From an uncultured virus (IMG/VR IMGVR_UViG_3300038828_000071) (Duplodnaviria > Heunggongvirae > Uroviricota > Caudoviricetes): a DNA stretch of 64,000 nucleotides. Position numbers and translations under genes: made by a program. Shown here piece by piece: positions 47,601 to 57,989 of this stretch (within the stretch, counting starts at the first letter, position 1; each line of letters starts with the position of its first letter). The stretch is from positions 1-64,000 of IMG/VR virus record IMGVR_UViG_3300038828_000071; one strand, written 5' to 3'. The notes beneath the pieces were generated by a model that worked only from the letters and a program-made list of their open reading frames with translations, was not told the origin of the DNA and did not search any database.

Positions 47601-50600
47601 ACATGATGTCCTTAGAACTCAATTGCTTTATGCCGAAAAGAATGCTTCTAACATAGATAAAACTAAATTAGAAATAGCACAGTCTAATTACTATGAATAC
47701 ATAAAAGCCAAACATCAATATGGATTGAGAGTTGGAGATAAAATGTATGCTATTAGTAATAGATTAAAAGTATTGTTTCCAAATCAACAAATCAATGTTT
47801 CTCTTGTGGATAACATGATTGATGCTATTGGAATAGATAGTGTCGGATATGCTTTAGGAACCACTATTTATTTAACTGAAGATGCATGGAATAATAGTGA
47901 AACATTTATGCATGAGCTTATGGGCCACGTATATTATTCAGCCGGATCTAATGAACCAATTGTAAAAAAGATAACAAACATAGGTATCAAAAGAGGTTTG
48001 TATAAGGAGATTAGAGAAAACTATCCAGAGTATGTATTAATTAAAGATGCCGATGGAAATGTAAACACATTGGGTAATATTTTAATTGATGCCGGTAGCA
48101 TAGATCCTAATACTGCTTCAATAAGAACTCTGGAAGCTATGTTAAATGAATTAAAAAAGGATGGATATGTAGAATTGCCACAAGAAGAACAATCGTTTAT
48201 TACAGAGGAAGTTTTTGCCAGAACAATACAATCTACCGGAACTAAAAAGTTTGATAACTTCTTTAATGCACAAGATAAAATTGCAACTAAATCTTTTTGG
48301 AATTGGTTTACAAAATATATGTCTAATAACTTAGAAAAAGATAAAGATAAAGTTAATTATGATAAAATCATAATGGATTCTGAGAATGGTAAATATTTCT
48401 CTGATGATGAAATAATGGATGCTTTTGTTAAAAGTTTTCCAGAAGAATTTAATAAGAAACAAATCAACTACGGTTCCGGTGAAAGACTTTCATTCTTAGG
48501 CATGAAAATGAAAAAGAAAGTTGATGAACAAAAAGAAAAAAATACCATAAGAAAAGAAATAGATAAACAATTAACTAATGCTTATAAATCAGGTGAAAAT
48601 GTTTTATCTATTCCAGAAAAAAATGAGAATGAGTCTATTGAAGATAATCAATATTCTTATGAGCAAAGACAAAGCATTTATGAGGAAAGCTTACAACAAA
48701 AACTTTTAAAAGCCACTAAAATATTAGATAACTTCGTTAAAAGTTATAATAGAATTTCTCGTAAAATTAATTTTCAAAAAGAAGAAAATGTTGAAGGAAT
48801 TTTAGATGGTGTTGTATTTAAAAATGAAATGTCATTGTTAGCAAGAAATTCCGACAATTCAACTGATTTTATATTTATACTTGAAAATTCAAAACTTCAA
48901 GAAATGCAAGCTTTTATGGAATGGATGGATTACGCATTCAAACCAAATACTAAATATGCCATATTAAGCCAAATGCAAGCTATTTATTCAAACCTTGAAG
49001 ATCATTCCGGAATGAAAACATTCTTAAAAGAGAATGGTGAAATAGTGCTTGAAACAGCTCTTTCTAAAAATGAAATGAGTCAAGTCGATTACATAATGGG
49101 ACGATTAAGTGACTTTAGACAAGGCTCTATTGATGTAGCAAAAAGAAATAATCAAAATCCTTTAGAAACGCAGGTTCAAATAGAAAGACAAAATTACCAT
49201 TCAAAAAAATGGAAAGAGTTTGTTGCTGCTATAAATGATTTAAAAAATAATACTAATGTAGATGAATCATTGAGAATCATTTTAAGAGCGTTGGGAGATA
49301 CAAGTTATATAAATTTAGGAGAATTGGCTAAAAATGGTCAATTGGTAATAGGTAATAAGCAAATGCCTATATATGCTGTAATTAAAAACTTTGTCGATAA
49401 GGATATGCACCTTACTAAAGAAGGTAATTATGCCGGTAAAATATCTCCAGTCAATTTTAGACCTCTTATTCAAGCAATAGTAAACACAAATAGAAGATAT
49501 CGTTTTGATAGTATTGTTAAAAATGCCGAAGGTAATAATACTCCTGTTAAAGCAATTGGAAGTACTTTAACAAGAGAGTTAAAAGAAATGAAATCATTTT
49601 TAGGAACCAATAAAAGTTTAAATACTTTTCTAAAAAGATATTCAGGAATTCTTGCTAAAAAAGGTATAGAAAATCAACTTTTAGTCGATATATATAACTT
49701 TTATAAAAAAAATGGAACATTCCCAGAGCTGATCCAAGATTTGGGTATTGAAGTTCAAAATAAAGAGTCAGGAACCTTATTTAAAGAATCAAGTTCAAAT
49801 GAACAATTCTTACAAGGATTGAATAGATTTTTAATTTCTAAAAATGATACTTATCTCCAACAAATACAATTATTTGGAGACAGCCCAAGAGCATTCATGC
49901 TTTCTACCACTAAATATAAAAATTCAGATATAGATAAACACCTTAAATCTGTTTATCAAATTTATAAAGAGAAAGGTGGTGAAAACATAAGTTTTAATAA
50001 ATTTAAACAAAGCGTTTATAATATTCAAAGTCATGTTGATTTTCTAAATGATAATGCCAATCAATTATTTAAATATGCTCCATATAAAGCATTGTTTTCT
50101 AATGTAAATGGTAAATTAACATTAAACCAAAAAGGAATAGATGAATTAAGTAATTATGTAGCAAACTCAACAATTAACTCAATGTTCTTGTCTGATGTAT
50201 TAACACCAAATGTTCCATTTAAAAAAGAAACAAAAGTTGGTAAAAACTTATCATCACCAGGTTTTGTATTTGATAAAAAACATAAGATTGGAACTATTTT
50301 CGTTGCCGATCCAAATAAAGATATGGATGGGCAGCAATTCATATTAGAAGAAGATGCCCAAAAATGGGGATTAACTGCCGGAAACATTATGGATTTAGGA
50401 AATGGATTCAAGTTCCTTAATCACTCCATAGAAAGAGATAATCAACATCTTAAAGGAGTTAATCAATTGAAGTCATATACAATTATACTTAATGATGATT
50501 ATGTTGATCAAAATCCTAAATATAAAGGACTTTATGAATTGATGAAAAAGGAAAAAGCAAAATATGAACAGTGGTTTAAAAAGACTTATCCAAATAAAGA

Positions 50601-53600
50601 AATTACCAATGTTTTAAATGATGGCGAAGAACACCACACCGTAATAGCTACAACAGAAGGTTCTGTAAAAACTAATACAATTCCTTCTCGTTTAGGTAGT
50701 GTTGATTTTTATACAAATAATGGTGATGGAGTTAAAACAAGCCCATTTACATTAGATGCTTTAAATCAAAGTACTGTAGATGCTGAGAAGTACTTAAACA
50801 GATTAAACTATAACAATCGTGGAAACTTTGTTGGAATAAAAGGATCTGATTTAGAAGTTCAAAATAAAATGGATAAGATTACTAAAAGTGTTCAAACTCC
50901 AATTCAGTTAATTGACAATATTTTAACTTCTGCAGGAAGTTTAGATATGGAGATTGCTGAAAAAATTCAAAGTCTCTTTACTTCTTCCATGCTTGAAAAA
51001 TTTAGTGAAATTACTAATAAGCTTGATAAAAATGATCCTGAGTTTTTAGAAAACTTTGTCCTTAAAAACATGAATAGGGATGAAATGGATCAAACGCAAA
51101 GATTCTTAATCGAAAATATTGGAATATTTGGACCAAGAGTAAATACTATTGTAAACAATCAAATAGCAAACTCATTAAAGAAAGCCGGTAATAAATTGCT
51201 TACCAATGGTACATATGCTCAACCTAAATCAGATTCAGGATATTTATCTAAAGATTACCATACAAGTAAAACCGGACCTTCTAAATTAGCAAATTATGGA
51301 ATAAATAGCGATGGAACCACAAGAGAAATGGAAGCTATTTTACCGGCTCATATGGAAACTGATGGTATTAATAAAAGAATGATAATTGCATTAGACAATA
51401 CTGCCGGAAAAATGGCTATTAAAAATTATAGACATGCTCAATCTAAAAAGAATAATGCTAAAATAGATGAATTAGAAAAACAGGGCTATAAAGATTTAAT
51501 TCCATTATATTATGCTGCCATTGATGAAGCTAAAAAAAGACATTCAAAAGCAAATGATGAAAATATAAATGATTATGTATTTAATGCTTATGATGATAAT
51601 GGGAAACTTGTTGGATATTTTGTAAAAGGAGATACTGTTGTTGCTACACGCGTACCATCACATGGTCCATCTTCTACAATATGGTTAGAAGTTATTGATT
51701 TTGATAAATCAAAAGGTAATCAAATTACTGTTTCCACTAAATACAAAGATATTACTGGTGGTGATTATGACGGTGATGCATTATTTATTCAATCAAAAAC
51801 AAATAGTAATTCTAAGATTAATACAGCTATACAAATGTTACAAGATTTATGGCTTAGTCCAGAATACCATAAATTGATAACAACAAAATTAGACTTTGTT
51901 GATGAAACACAAAAAATAACTGATGATGTTAATGCAAAGTTTAATAGAAAAAATGAAATTATTATTCCTGGAACTCCAAAATCATTCATGAAAAATTTTG
52001 ATGATTACATTATTGCTAATAGAAATATTGGTTCAGGATTTAATTTGCATAAAATTTTAGGATTATTGTCGGCTTATGATACTGAATATAAAACAGGTGT
52101 TAGCATTAATGGTAAATCATTTAAAATATTAACCAATAAACAAGATAATGGTTTACATGGTGATGGAATAGAAAGTAGAAATATGAAATCTGCAATCTTA
52201 GCAAACATTATCTTGGATAATAAAACTTGGCAACAAGCTAATGACTTAGGAATAAATGATAATACTATAGTTGTTGTATCTCAATTAACAAACCTTGGAG
52301 TTCCATTAAAAGATATTTCATTTATAATGAATCATCCAATAGTTAAAAAAATGAGTGATAAACTCGATAATGGAAAATCAGAATTATTGGAAAATGTAAA
52401 TCCTTTTACTATTACAGATACTTTGAAAGTTGGAAATAAAAAAGCTGGTTTAACAATAATATCTGATCCGACAAATAAAGAGTTTTATAGTGATGCAAAT
52501 GCTAATGCAATATTGGAAATGTTTAAATATTTAGGTAATGCCAATAGCCAATTACAAAAAGCAATTAAAATATTGTCTGGACATAATAAAATAGAAAATA
52601 ACCCATTGTTGTTAGAACAACAAATAAGTGATTATTTAAGTTTTATGAATAATAGCTTAGAAGGTCAAGAATTCATTATTAAAGAGAATGTAAAGAATAA
52701 TCCAAATAATAGAAAATTCTTGACTGTAGCTCAAAAAACACTTGATACTTTAAAGAAATCAAGCTTTTATTATCATCCAAAAACAATAAAGCTACTTGAA
52801 AACATTAAAGATTCAATTAGCTATAATGGATTGACAGATAAAAGAATTTATTCTTTGACAAAAAATATTGAAACATTTATGAATTCCAGATTACTCGGGA
52901 TGAATAATATTTCAAAATCCATGTATGATCAAGTATTAGATAAAAATCCTTTGTCGGAAGAAAGTGTTTATAATGAACTTAGAGATCATATAAAAGACAT
53001 TAAAAAAGAAAAAAATGGTTATGGGAAATTCAAAAGCAATTTACTATTATCAAAAGCATTGATATATAATTTTTATGGAGATAATAAATACATATCTATC
53101 AATCCATCTTTCTTTAATGATTCCTTAAGTGATAAAGAATACAATCAGGTTCAAGAAGAATTTAATCAATTACCAGATAGACTGCAAAAAAGACTTTTAG
53201 TTTATGATATTATTAAAAATGGATTTTCTTCTCCATATTCATTAACTCCAATATTTGGGTTTTATAATGAAGCTATGGAGTTTAAAAGAAAAAATCAATA
53301 CATTGATAAATCATCCGGTAAATATGATGAAATATCAAATAGTGTAATTGATAGACTTCAAAAAATATTGACAGATTATGCTTTACTAAATGAAAGATCA
53401 GGCGTTCCAGAATTAGAACTTACTAAAGAACAATATTCAAAAAATAAATTAGAAACTGTTTTAAATAAAATAGAAACTAAACCAACTTTAATTAAAAAAA
53501 TAAAAGATAAAAAGGCTTTTTATGTTAAAGTAAAATCCGGTAATGAAAGTTCAATTGTAAAGATTGAATCTATGACTGATGAAGATTTTGAGGTTTTAAG

Positions 53601-56142
53601 TTATATGAATAGAGGTCGATTTAAAGAAGATCATAGAAGAAAATTATTATTAGAAAAAGTCCAGGAATACAAGCCTGAAAATATTAATAATGATAATTTA
53701 AATATTCATATAGCATCTATTAAAGATAAATCTATTGAAGATCCTTTTTTAAATTCATATAGTAACTTGTTTAAAAAAAAAAGTAGTTCCCCAATTAGTG
53801 GAATGAAGCAAAAAGCATACATTAATTATTCTGATGCTAAAGTTTTATCACAGAATGAATTTAATGATGCTATGGAGTTTAATAAAAATTATTCTGATAC
53901 GCAGAAAAAAGCTGCTTATTTATTGTATCAGGAAAATAAAGATAAAGCTAATAAAATAGCTTTAAATTATACTCCAGACAAAGTTTCTAAGATGCCAACG
54001 GATAAGTTATTTAATGATTTTCAAATCTATGGAAATAAAGAAGCTTTTTCTTATTCTATTATTACAACTCCAATAGTTACTGAATTGGCTAATAGAATGG
54101 CTCAGGAACAAGTTAAACTTACCGGGATGAATGAAGATGGTAGTGATATAAAAGCTATAACAGCATGGATGCAATCAAATAATATACCATCAAATCATCC
54201 GGCTACACAAGCATTGGTTAGAGAGCTCACTTTAAAATATAGAGATTTTCAAAACGAAAAAAGAAATTATACCGAAAGAATTTCAAAAGCTACAAAAGAG
54301 TTGTATAAATCAAAATTTGGTTTTGATCCAACAAGCAACAGTATTAAAAATACTTTTAAAAAAATTACAAATTTCTTTTTTTCAAATAGAAAAAACTTAT
54401 ACCAACATCTATATGGAAATTTAGTCGAATACTTTGAATATACTGATGATTTTACTAATGAAGTAAAAAAAGATTTTAAAATGAAATCTTTGGGCCAATT
54501 AGATTATGAACATACAAAAAATTTGATATCTGATGCCGAATTTGAGTTTGCAAAAATATTTCACGAAACAACAGATTCTTTAAAAAAATACTCTATTGGA
54601 GATAAGCAAGGTCGAGAAGGATATATTCCTCATGTTGCCATGGGTACATTTGAGACACTATACAATCAAGGATTATTAGGTGTTTTAATAAATTCTAAAA
54701 CAGAAGATGAAAGATTAGGTGATGTTAAGCTATTTTTTGCAGAAGATGGTGAAATGGTTTTAATGCCATTTAGTGATATTAAAAATCATTTCATGTCTCA
54801 ATCAGGCAATTTTGAAAACACAAAAGATTTCATTACCTTAAAATACAAAGCAATGAAATTACTTAAGAAAGGACAAAATGAAGATGGTACTCAAATTGAA
54901 TATTCTGATGTAGAAATAAAATCAGCAATAGGTCAATCCGGGTTAATGAATAGATTTAGTAATCAAAGAAGTAATAAAGCTATAATGATTCCTTCAATGG
55001 ATTTACATAAAGCATTGACACAATATGTTCATAGCACATTATTTGTTAATGGTAATGATAAATTTGAAGGATTTAAGAAGCTTTTACCTCTTGTTGATGG
55101 TGTTCTATCATACAACCAAAAAAGAAGCTTTGATAACATAAATAAATACGTTAAAACAGTATGGAAAGATTACTTCTTTACCGGTAAAAAACAAGAAACT
55201 TTTGGTAAGCTTGGTGATCAGGTATTAAAAAAATCTGTATTTGCCAACTTACTATGGATACTTGGATGGAAAGGACTTGTAATTGGTAAAGGTCTTTATG
55301 CAATTAACAATGTTGTCAATGGTAAATACATGCATATTAAAAATACCGGCAATTGGATTAAAGGTGAAAAAAGATATTGGGGATTGGATCAAAGCATTTT
55401 AAATCCTTTTGATATTATCAATCGGAATAAAAGAGTAAATAATATTCTTAAAAATATGAACATGCTCGATATAAATATATACGATGATGTTCAAATAACG
55501 GAAAGCGGTGAATTGGATAATTTCGTTAGCAATTTAGCATTGATGCCTATGACGTGGAGTGAACATTGGATTCAAAATGTACAGGCATTATCAATACTTA
55601 CAGATGAAGAATTTGATAGTTTTGATGAAAATGGAAACTATAGAAAAGGTTCTATTCCAATTAGCAATCAAAGGATATTAGAAATAGAAGAAGAAATAAG
55701 AAGAAGTCAAGGTAAAGGATATCAACCAACAGACCAAAGAATGATTCAAATGTATTCTTTTGGTGAAGCAATCATGCAGTTTAATAGATTTATTCCAACT
55801 ATGTTTTGGGATCGATTTGCTAAAGAAGATATCGATATATATGGCAAAAGACATATTGGAACATTGCGAGCTGTTGGTAATGGAATAAGAGAAGCTGTTG
55901 GTAAAATGAATCCTAAAGAATTTATAAATTATAGAAATTCACTTCCACCAGAATTAAGAAAATCATTTGATTCCGGTTTAAAAGGTATCGGCATTAGCAC
56001 ACTGGCATTAATTGTAGGATCACAAATGAATAGTGATGTAGCAAATGAATTGTATAAAGATTCTAATTATTATAATAATGCAAATCATTTGCTTTATAAG
56101 TCTATACCATCATTAGCCAGAACCGTTACAGGCATTAAATAA
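44617..56142 (+). CDS. giant virion RNA polymerase polyprotein (crAss-like double-psi beta-barrel RNAP)
   Basis: ATRVPSHGPSS and ITGGDYDGDALF catalytic motifs, zincin-like HELMGH, EE..Q repeat region; ATG 44617 gives ~3841 aa; N gap 44974-44983. Confidence 0.88.
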   Translation: MPSYKDLIKQFTEEGSKQNPDSPQNPQDVNFDVLYDENFNHRKIDVTAAGNEEDIRKRASQMEAERSVPLSYKASQIEAVADNQSFSPEFYDAGFFETFGRSMAKGLGDHVIKGTGDMLXXXXNLIGGDMSDDGTVVSRALQEWGTKIKDNNEVFIPDELKPENITWKAFFNPDAWSIHFAEYIPQIAQFIMGGEIASVATKGLAKAGGKMFLEKAIAKKGLQMLKSPITGEMVAEAGSGIGLIGKAFTSAGELTEAGAFWSGTIGAGVVNNFASGLLNASQFVNQYRGKGVYTDEQLQEMAVDIMQRNALWMPVEMASWGLTYAGGWKGVGNAFRATKPIMKPGEEIAKGMFSNFAKTTSKYIKPLALPSKIAFEGVEESLQETFEDWTQIKAEEMQTGYNKYTSYMDYYMSDDSRATRIISAMAGVGGGAFGNIRAAINQSADENFDILNETLMLQNQIDSGFDEGVEMQKTHRSNKLMRLAFNERNDIAGGFIQNSLDKNLISQEEADDLTDEYNGYVEAQSKGKTLGLNVNGLYKFMESKKIIHDTKRRIKDAQENFKIKNQAMLEEPGLSVDEKLILEKKQEEELKIYLTEQLKHIAFAETNIGNILQGKKAEISQVNSTVSDYFIKNEGRKFGEQEVIETQVQGLSDEDYNDSYVKTDEEIFAKNKKALEPKKITLKGRALDLFDKLKDSTFNKLFKKDSQPEQNIPAEKQKNVIVTPDEAFSKDKAFSDFVKKSNEDDFNNFAKLEDDMKQSYFSNYNKQNNMEPNKGSNVNSNPDNEKELLDRKDVLEKELESISDDNNPRIEEIDKELTEIETKLKPVETKNKTVEPKSVSANSNIEIDELESSEITDTLEAVDIATGRKKAKLSQLKSVAKFLNENPIEEIRKKNKPTEKENIAKIIYKKYKKEIDDLIDQQELTEQEKKIVERKSSTKEKLSDNKNNIDDVVFDKNKSTDDDLMESYEEKKTKEKKTKGMKQKSDTDDDVSIPTHDVLRTQLLYAEKNASNIDKTKLEIAQSNYYEYIKAKHQYGLRVGDKMYAISNRLKVLFPNQQINVSLVDNMIDAIGIDSVGYALGTTIYLTEDAWNNSETFMHELMGHVYYSAGSNEPIVKKITNIGIKRGLYKEIRENYPEYVLIKDADGNVNTLGNILIDAGSIDPNTASIRTLEAMLNELKKDGYVELPQEEQSFITEEVFARTIQSTGTKKFDNFFNAQDKIATKSFWNWFTKYMSNNLEKDKDKVNYDKIIMDSENGKYFSDDEIMDAFVKSFPEEFNKKQINYGSGERLSFLGMKMKKKVDEQKEKNTIRKEIDKQLTNAYKSGENVLSIPEKNENESIEDNQYSYEQRQSIYEESLQQKLLKATKILDNFVKSYNRISRKINFQKEENVEGILDGVVFKNEMSLLARNSDNSTDFIFILENSKLQEMQAFMEWMDYAFKPNTKYAILSQMQAIYSNLEDHSGMKTFLKENGEIVLETALSKNEMSQVDYIMGRLSDFRQGSIDVAKRNNQNPLETQVQIERQNYHSKKWKEFVAAINDLKNNTNVDESLRIILRALGDTSYINLGELAKNGQLVIGNKQMPIYAVIKNFVDKDMHLTKEGNYAGKISPVNFRPLIQAIVNTNRRYRFDSIVKNAEGNNTPVKAIGSTLTRELKEMKSFLGTNKSLNTFLKRYSGILAKKGIENQLLVDIYNFYKKNGTFPELIQDLGIEVQNKESGTLFKESSSNEQFLQGLNRFLISKNDTYLQQIQLFGDSPRAFMLSTTKYKNSDIDKHLKSVYQIYKEKGGENISFNKFKQSVYNIQSHVDFLNDNANQLFKYAPYKALFSNVNGKLTLNQKGIDELSNYVANSTINSMFLSDVLTPNVPFKKETKVGKNLSSPGFVFDKKHKIGTIFVADPNKDMDGQQFILEEDAQKWGLTAGNIMDLGNGFKFLNHSIERDNQHLKGVNQLKSYTIILNDDYVDQNPKYKGLYELMKKEKAKYEQWFKKTYPNKEITNVLNDGEEHHTVIATTEGSVKTNTIPSRLGSVDFYTNNGDGVKTSPFTLDALNQSTVDAEKYLNRLNYNNRGNFVGIKGSDLEVQNKMDKITKSVQTPIQLIDNILTSAGSLDMEIAEKIQSLFTSSMLEKFSEITNKLDKNDPEFLENFVLKNMNRDEMDQTQRFLIENIGIFGPRVNTIVNNQIANSLKKAGNKLLTNGTYAQPKSDSGYLSKDYHTSKTGPSKLANYGINSDGTTREMEAILPAHMETDGINKRMIIALDNTAGKMAIKNYRHAQSKKNNAKIDELEKQGYKDLIPLYYAAIDEAKKRHSKANDENINDYVFNAYDDNGKLVGYFVKGDTVVATRVPSHGPSSTIWLEVIDFDKSKGNQITVSTKYKDITGGDYDGDALFIQSKTNSNSKINTAIQMLQDLWLSPEYHKLITTKLDFVDETQKITDDVNAKFNRKNEIIIPGTPKSFMKNFDDYIIANRNIGSGFNLHKILGLLSAYDTEYKTGVSINGKSFKILTNKQDNGLHGDGIESRNMKSAILANIILDNKTWQQANDLGINDNTIVVVSQLTNLGVPLKDISFIMNHPIVKKMSDKLDNGKSELLENVNPFTITDTLKVGNKKAGLTIISDPTNKEFYSDANANAILEMFKYLGNANSQLQKAIKILSGHNKIENNPLLLEQQISDYLSFMNNSLEGQEFIIKENVKNNPNNRKFLTVAQKTLDTLKKSSFYYHPKTIKLLENIKDSISYNGLTDKRIYSLTKNIETFMNSRLLGMNNISKSMYDQVLDKNPLSEESVYNELRDHIKDIKKEKNGYGKFKSNLLLSKALIYNFYGDNKYISINPSFFNDSLSDKEYNQVQEEFNQLPDRLQKRLLVYDIIKNGFSSPYSLTPIFGFYNEAMEFKRKNQYIDKSSGKYDEISNSVIDRLQKILTDYALLNERSGVPELELTKEQYSKNKLETVLNKIETKPTLIKKIKDKKAFYVKVKSGNESSIVKIESMTDEDFEVLSYMNRGRFKEDHRRKLLLEKVQEYKPENINNDNLNIHIASIKDKSIEDPFLNSYSNLFKKKSSSPISGMKQKAYINYSDAKVLSQNEFNDAMEFNKNYSDTQKKAAYLLYQENKDKANKIALNYTPDKVSKMPTDKLFNDFQIYGNKEAFSYSIITTPIVTELANRMAQEQVKLTGMNEDGSDIKAITAWMQSNNIPSNHPATQALVRELTLKYRDFQNEKRNYTERISKATKELYKSKFGFDPTSNSIKNTFKKITNFFFSNRKNLYQHLYGNLVEYFEYTDDFTNEVKKDFKMKSLGQLDYEHTKNLISDAEFEFAKIFHETTDSLKKYSIGDKQGREGYIPHVAMGTFETLYNQGLLGVLINSKTEDERLGDVKLFFAEDGEMVLMPFSDIKNHFMSQSGNFENTKDFITLKYKAMKLLKKGQNEDGTQIEYSDVEIKSAIGQSGLMNRFSNQRSNKAIMIPSMDLHKALTQYVHSTLFVNGNDKFEGFKKLLPLVDGVLSYNQKRSFDNINKYVKTVWKDYFFTGKKQETFGKLGDQVLKKSVFANLLWILGWKGLVIGKGLYAINNVVNGKYMHIKNTGNWIKGEKRYWGLDQSILNPFDIINRNKRVNNILKNMNMLDINIYDDVQITESGELDNFVSNLALMPMTWSEHWIQNVQALSILTDEEFDSFDENGNYRKGSIPISNQRILEIEEEIRRSQGKGYQPTDQRMIQMYSFGEAIMQFNRFIPTMFWDRFAKEDIDIYGKRHIGTLRAVGNGIREAVGKMNPKEFINYRNSLPPELRKSFDSGLKGIGISTLALIVGSQMNSDVANELYKDSNYYNNANHLLYKSIPSLARTVTGIK

Positions 56143-56173
56143 AAAAAAAGCCGGATAATTAAATCCGGCTTTC
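56141..56173. terminator. bidirectional terminator at convergent junction
   Basis: A-run-gccgga-taattaaa-tccggc-tttt. Confidence 0.8.
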
Positions 56174-56226
56174 TCATGAAATAAAGGAAAAAAGTATAAA
56201 GTACAAGAGCGAACAAATATATGCAA

Positions 56227-56883
56227 TTATATTAATTTGACAATATATTGATTAATATAATTTATATAATTGTTTCTTTCTCTCACAAAATCCAATAACG
56301 TCTTAGTTTTGAATTTAATAGTTCTAACCGCTTTACCGGCATCAGTAAATAGAAATCTATTTGGTGTAAATGTGTTTGGAAATAATGATACAGCTAATCC
56401 AGAATTTCTTACAGGAATAGGAACTACTTTATTTACATAGATATTATAAAGATTCATTACAATGCTTTGGTTTATAGGAAAAGTTGCATACGAATTGAAA
56501 CTTCCTGAAAACTGAGCTGCAATTGCCGGTGGTTTTACATCTACAAAACTAAAATGATAACCATCCTTTTCATTTGCTAAAAAGAATGTATTGTATTTTA
56601 GTCTTTCTTCAGTTATAACTTCGTAAAATATGCTTTCAGCCAATTTGGTCCAATAAATTAAAAAATCAGGTTTATAAGTATGCTTTCCAATAAGCTTACG
56701 ATCAGATTCTTTAATGATTCCGGTTTTTGTAATCTCTTTAATTTTTTTTATTTTAATTTCTTGATTAATTTCAAATGGAGTTATCTCTTTTTCTTTTTTA
56801 AAAGATAAAATATAACCTTTGTCCTTTAATTCATTAAGATACCACTCAAAGTAATCTTCAAAAGTTGGTTTGTTTGGAGACAT
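56227..56883 (-). CDS. PD-(D/E)XK endonuclease
   Basis: E..F..YL, HTYKPDFLI, VDVK motifs; start at MSPNKP preferred. Confidence 0.65.
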   Translation of the reverse strand: MSPNKPTFEDYFEWYLNELKDKGYILSFKKEKEITPFEINQEIKIKKIKEITKTGIIKESDRKLIGKHTYKPDFLIYWTKLAESIFYEVITEERLKYNTFFLANEKDGYHFSFVDVKPPAIAAQFSGSFNSYATFPINQSIVMNLYNIYVNKVVPIPVRNSGLAVSLFPNTFTPNRFLFTDAGKAVRTIKFKTKTLLDFVRERNNYINYINQYIVKLI

Positions 56884-56884
56884 A

Positions 56885-57505
56885 TTAAAAAGTATTAATA
56901 TTTGAATCGATTTCCCAATATTCAATTTCTTCGTCTTTTGCTATTGCAAAAAATATTTCATGTTCCAGTGCTTTAATTGTGTAATAAGAGCTTGTTTGAT
57001 CAACTTTCAATTTATCAATTTTAAGTACATTACTAAATGCAGAAACAAATTGTTTTATGAATTGGAAATCCATATAATAGTTTGCTTCTTTGCTTTCAGG
57101 TGGATTTTTAAACTGAATAGTTTTTAAGATGTTTATAACATCTATAACATTAAAACCTTCTAAATAATTATAAAGGTTTTTTTCGTAACCAGATCCTTTG
57201 ATAAATAAAACATCTTCATCTTGATTGTATTCAATTAAAGATTTTTTTGTTAGCTCTTCCCAATAAGAAATTGGAAATACTTTACCCTCCATATAATTAA
57301 GTATTTCATATACTTTTTTTTGTACTTCTTCATCCTTTTCTGAGGATAAGAATAAATCTTCAAGATTACAAACTGCAATAGTTCTTGTAGTAATAACTAC
57401 TGCTGATTTGTTTAAAATAATAACACCTTTTTTATAACTAAGGTTGTTGTCTAAAGAAGTTGCAGGCAATAATTTATGTATGCCTGGAAATTGTAACTGT
57501 ACCAT
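56885..57505 (-). CDS. hypothetical protein
   Basis: 206-aa ORF. Confidence 0.6.
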   Translation of the reverse strand: MVQLQFPGIHKLLPATSLDNNLSYKKGVIILNKSAVVITTRTIAVCNLEDLFLSSEKDEEVQKKVYEILNYMEGKVFPISYWEELTKKSLIEYNQDEDVLFIKGSGYEKNLYNYLEGFNVIDVINILKTIQFKNPPESKEANYYMDFQFIKQFVSAFSNVLKIDKLKVDQTSSYYTIKALEHEIFFAIAKDEEIEYWEIDSNINTF

Positions 57506-57542
57506 TTTTTTGTTATGATTTAAAGTTAATAATGAAAATTAA

Positions 57543-57576
57543 ATAGTTGGCTAATAAATTAATATTAGCCAACTAT
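57543..57576 (-). terminator. hairpin / probable terminator
   Basis: atagttggctaata...tattagccaactat perfect inverted repeat. Confidence 0.55.
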
Positions 57577-57584
57577 AATTTAAT

Positions 57585-57938
57585 TTAGTCAAGAATACAC
57601 CAATCTTCAGAAAGCATATCTGTTTGAGATGCTAACCATCCATTTACAATTGTTCCATCAGCAGCTTTCATACAAAGATAAGGAGTAAATTTTACCTTTA
57701 TATCTTCTGGACTTTTACCATTTTCTTTTTCATTTATTGTAAAAGCAAATTGACTAATATAATAATCTTTTAAAGATTTTGGTAATGATTTTACTTTATT
57801 GATTATAAAATCAACTGATAATTCATCCGCAGGTCTTTCAAAAATAAACATTCCTTTACCGTTCCAACCGTCTCTTGCAACTCTCTTACCTTCTTTTAAG
57901 GCTTCAATTGCTTGTCCAAAATTTAAATTTGTTTTCAT
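57585..57938 (-). CDS. DUF2829 family protein (Tad2-like anti-defence sponge)
   Basis: [22 protein letters not shown]...PY..MK.ADG....[12 protein letters not shown]. Confidence 0.88.
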   Translation of the reverse strand: MKTNLNFGQAIEALKEGKRVARDGWNGKGMFIFERPADELSVDFIINKVKSLPKSLKDYYISQFAFTINEKENGKSPEDIKVKFTPYLCMKAADGTIVNGWLASQTDMLSEDWCILD

Positions 57939-57989
57939 AATATTAAGATTATGGGTTTTAATTATACTGCGCCCAAACAGTTTTTAATT

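Noticed and set aside
12938..56142. Stop-codon reassignment as in some crAss-like phages
   Set aside because: Long genes are intact in the standard code, TAG and TGA end genes normally, and no suppressor tRNA was seen
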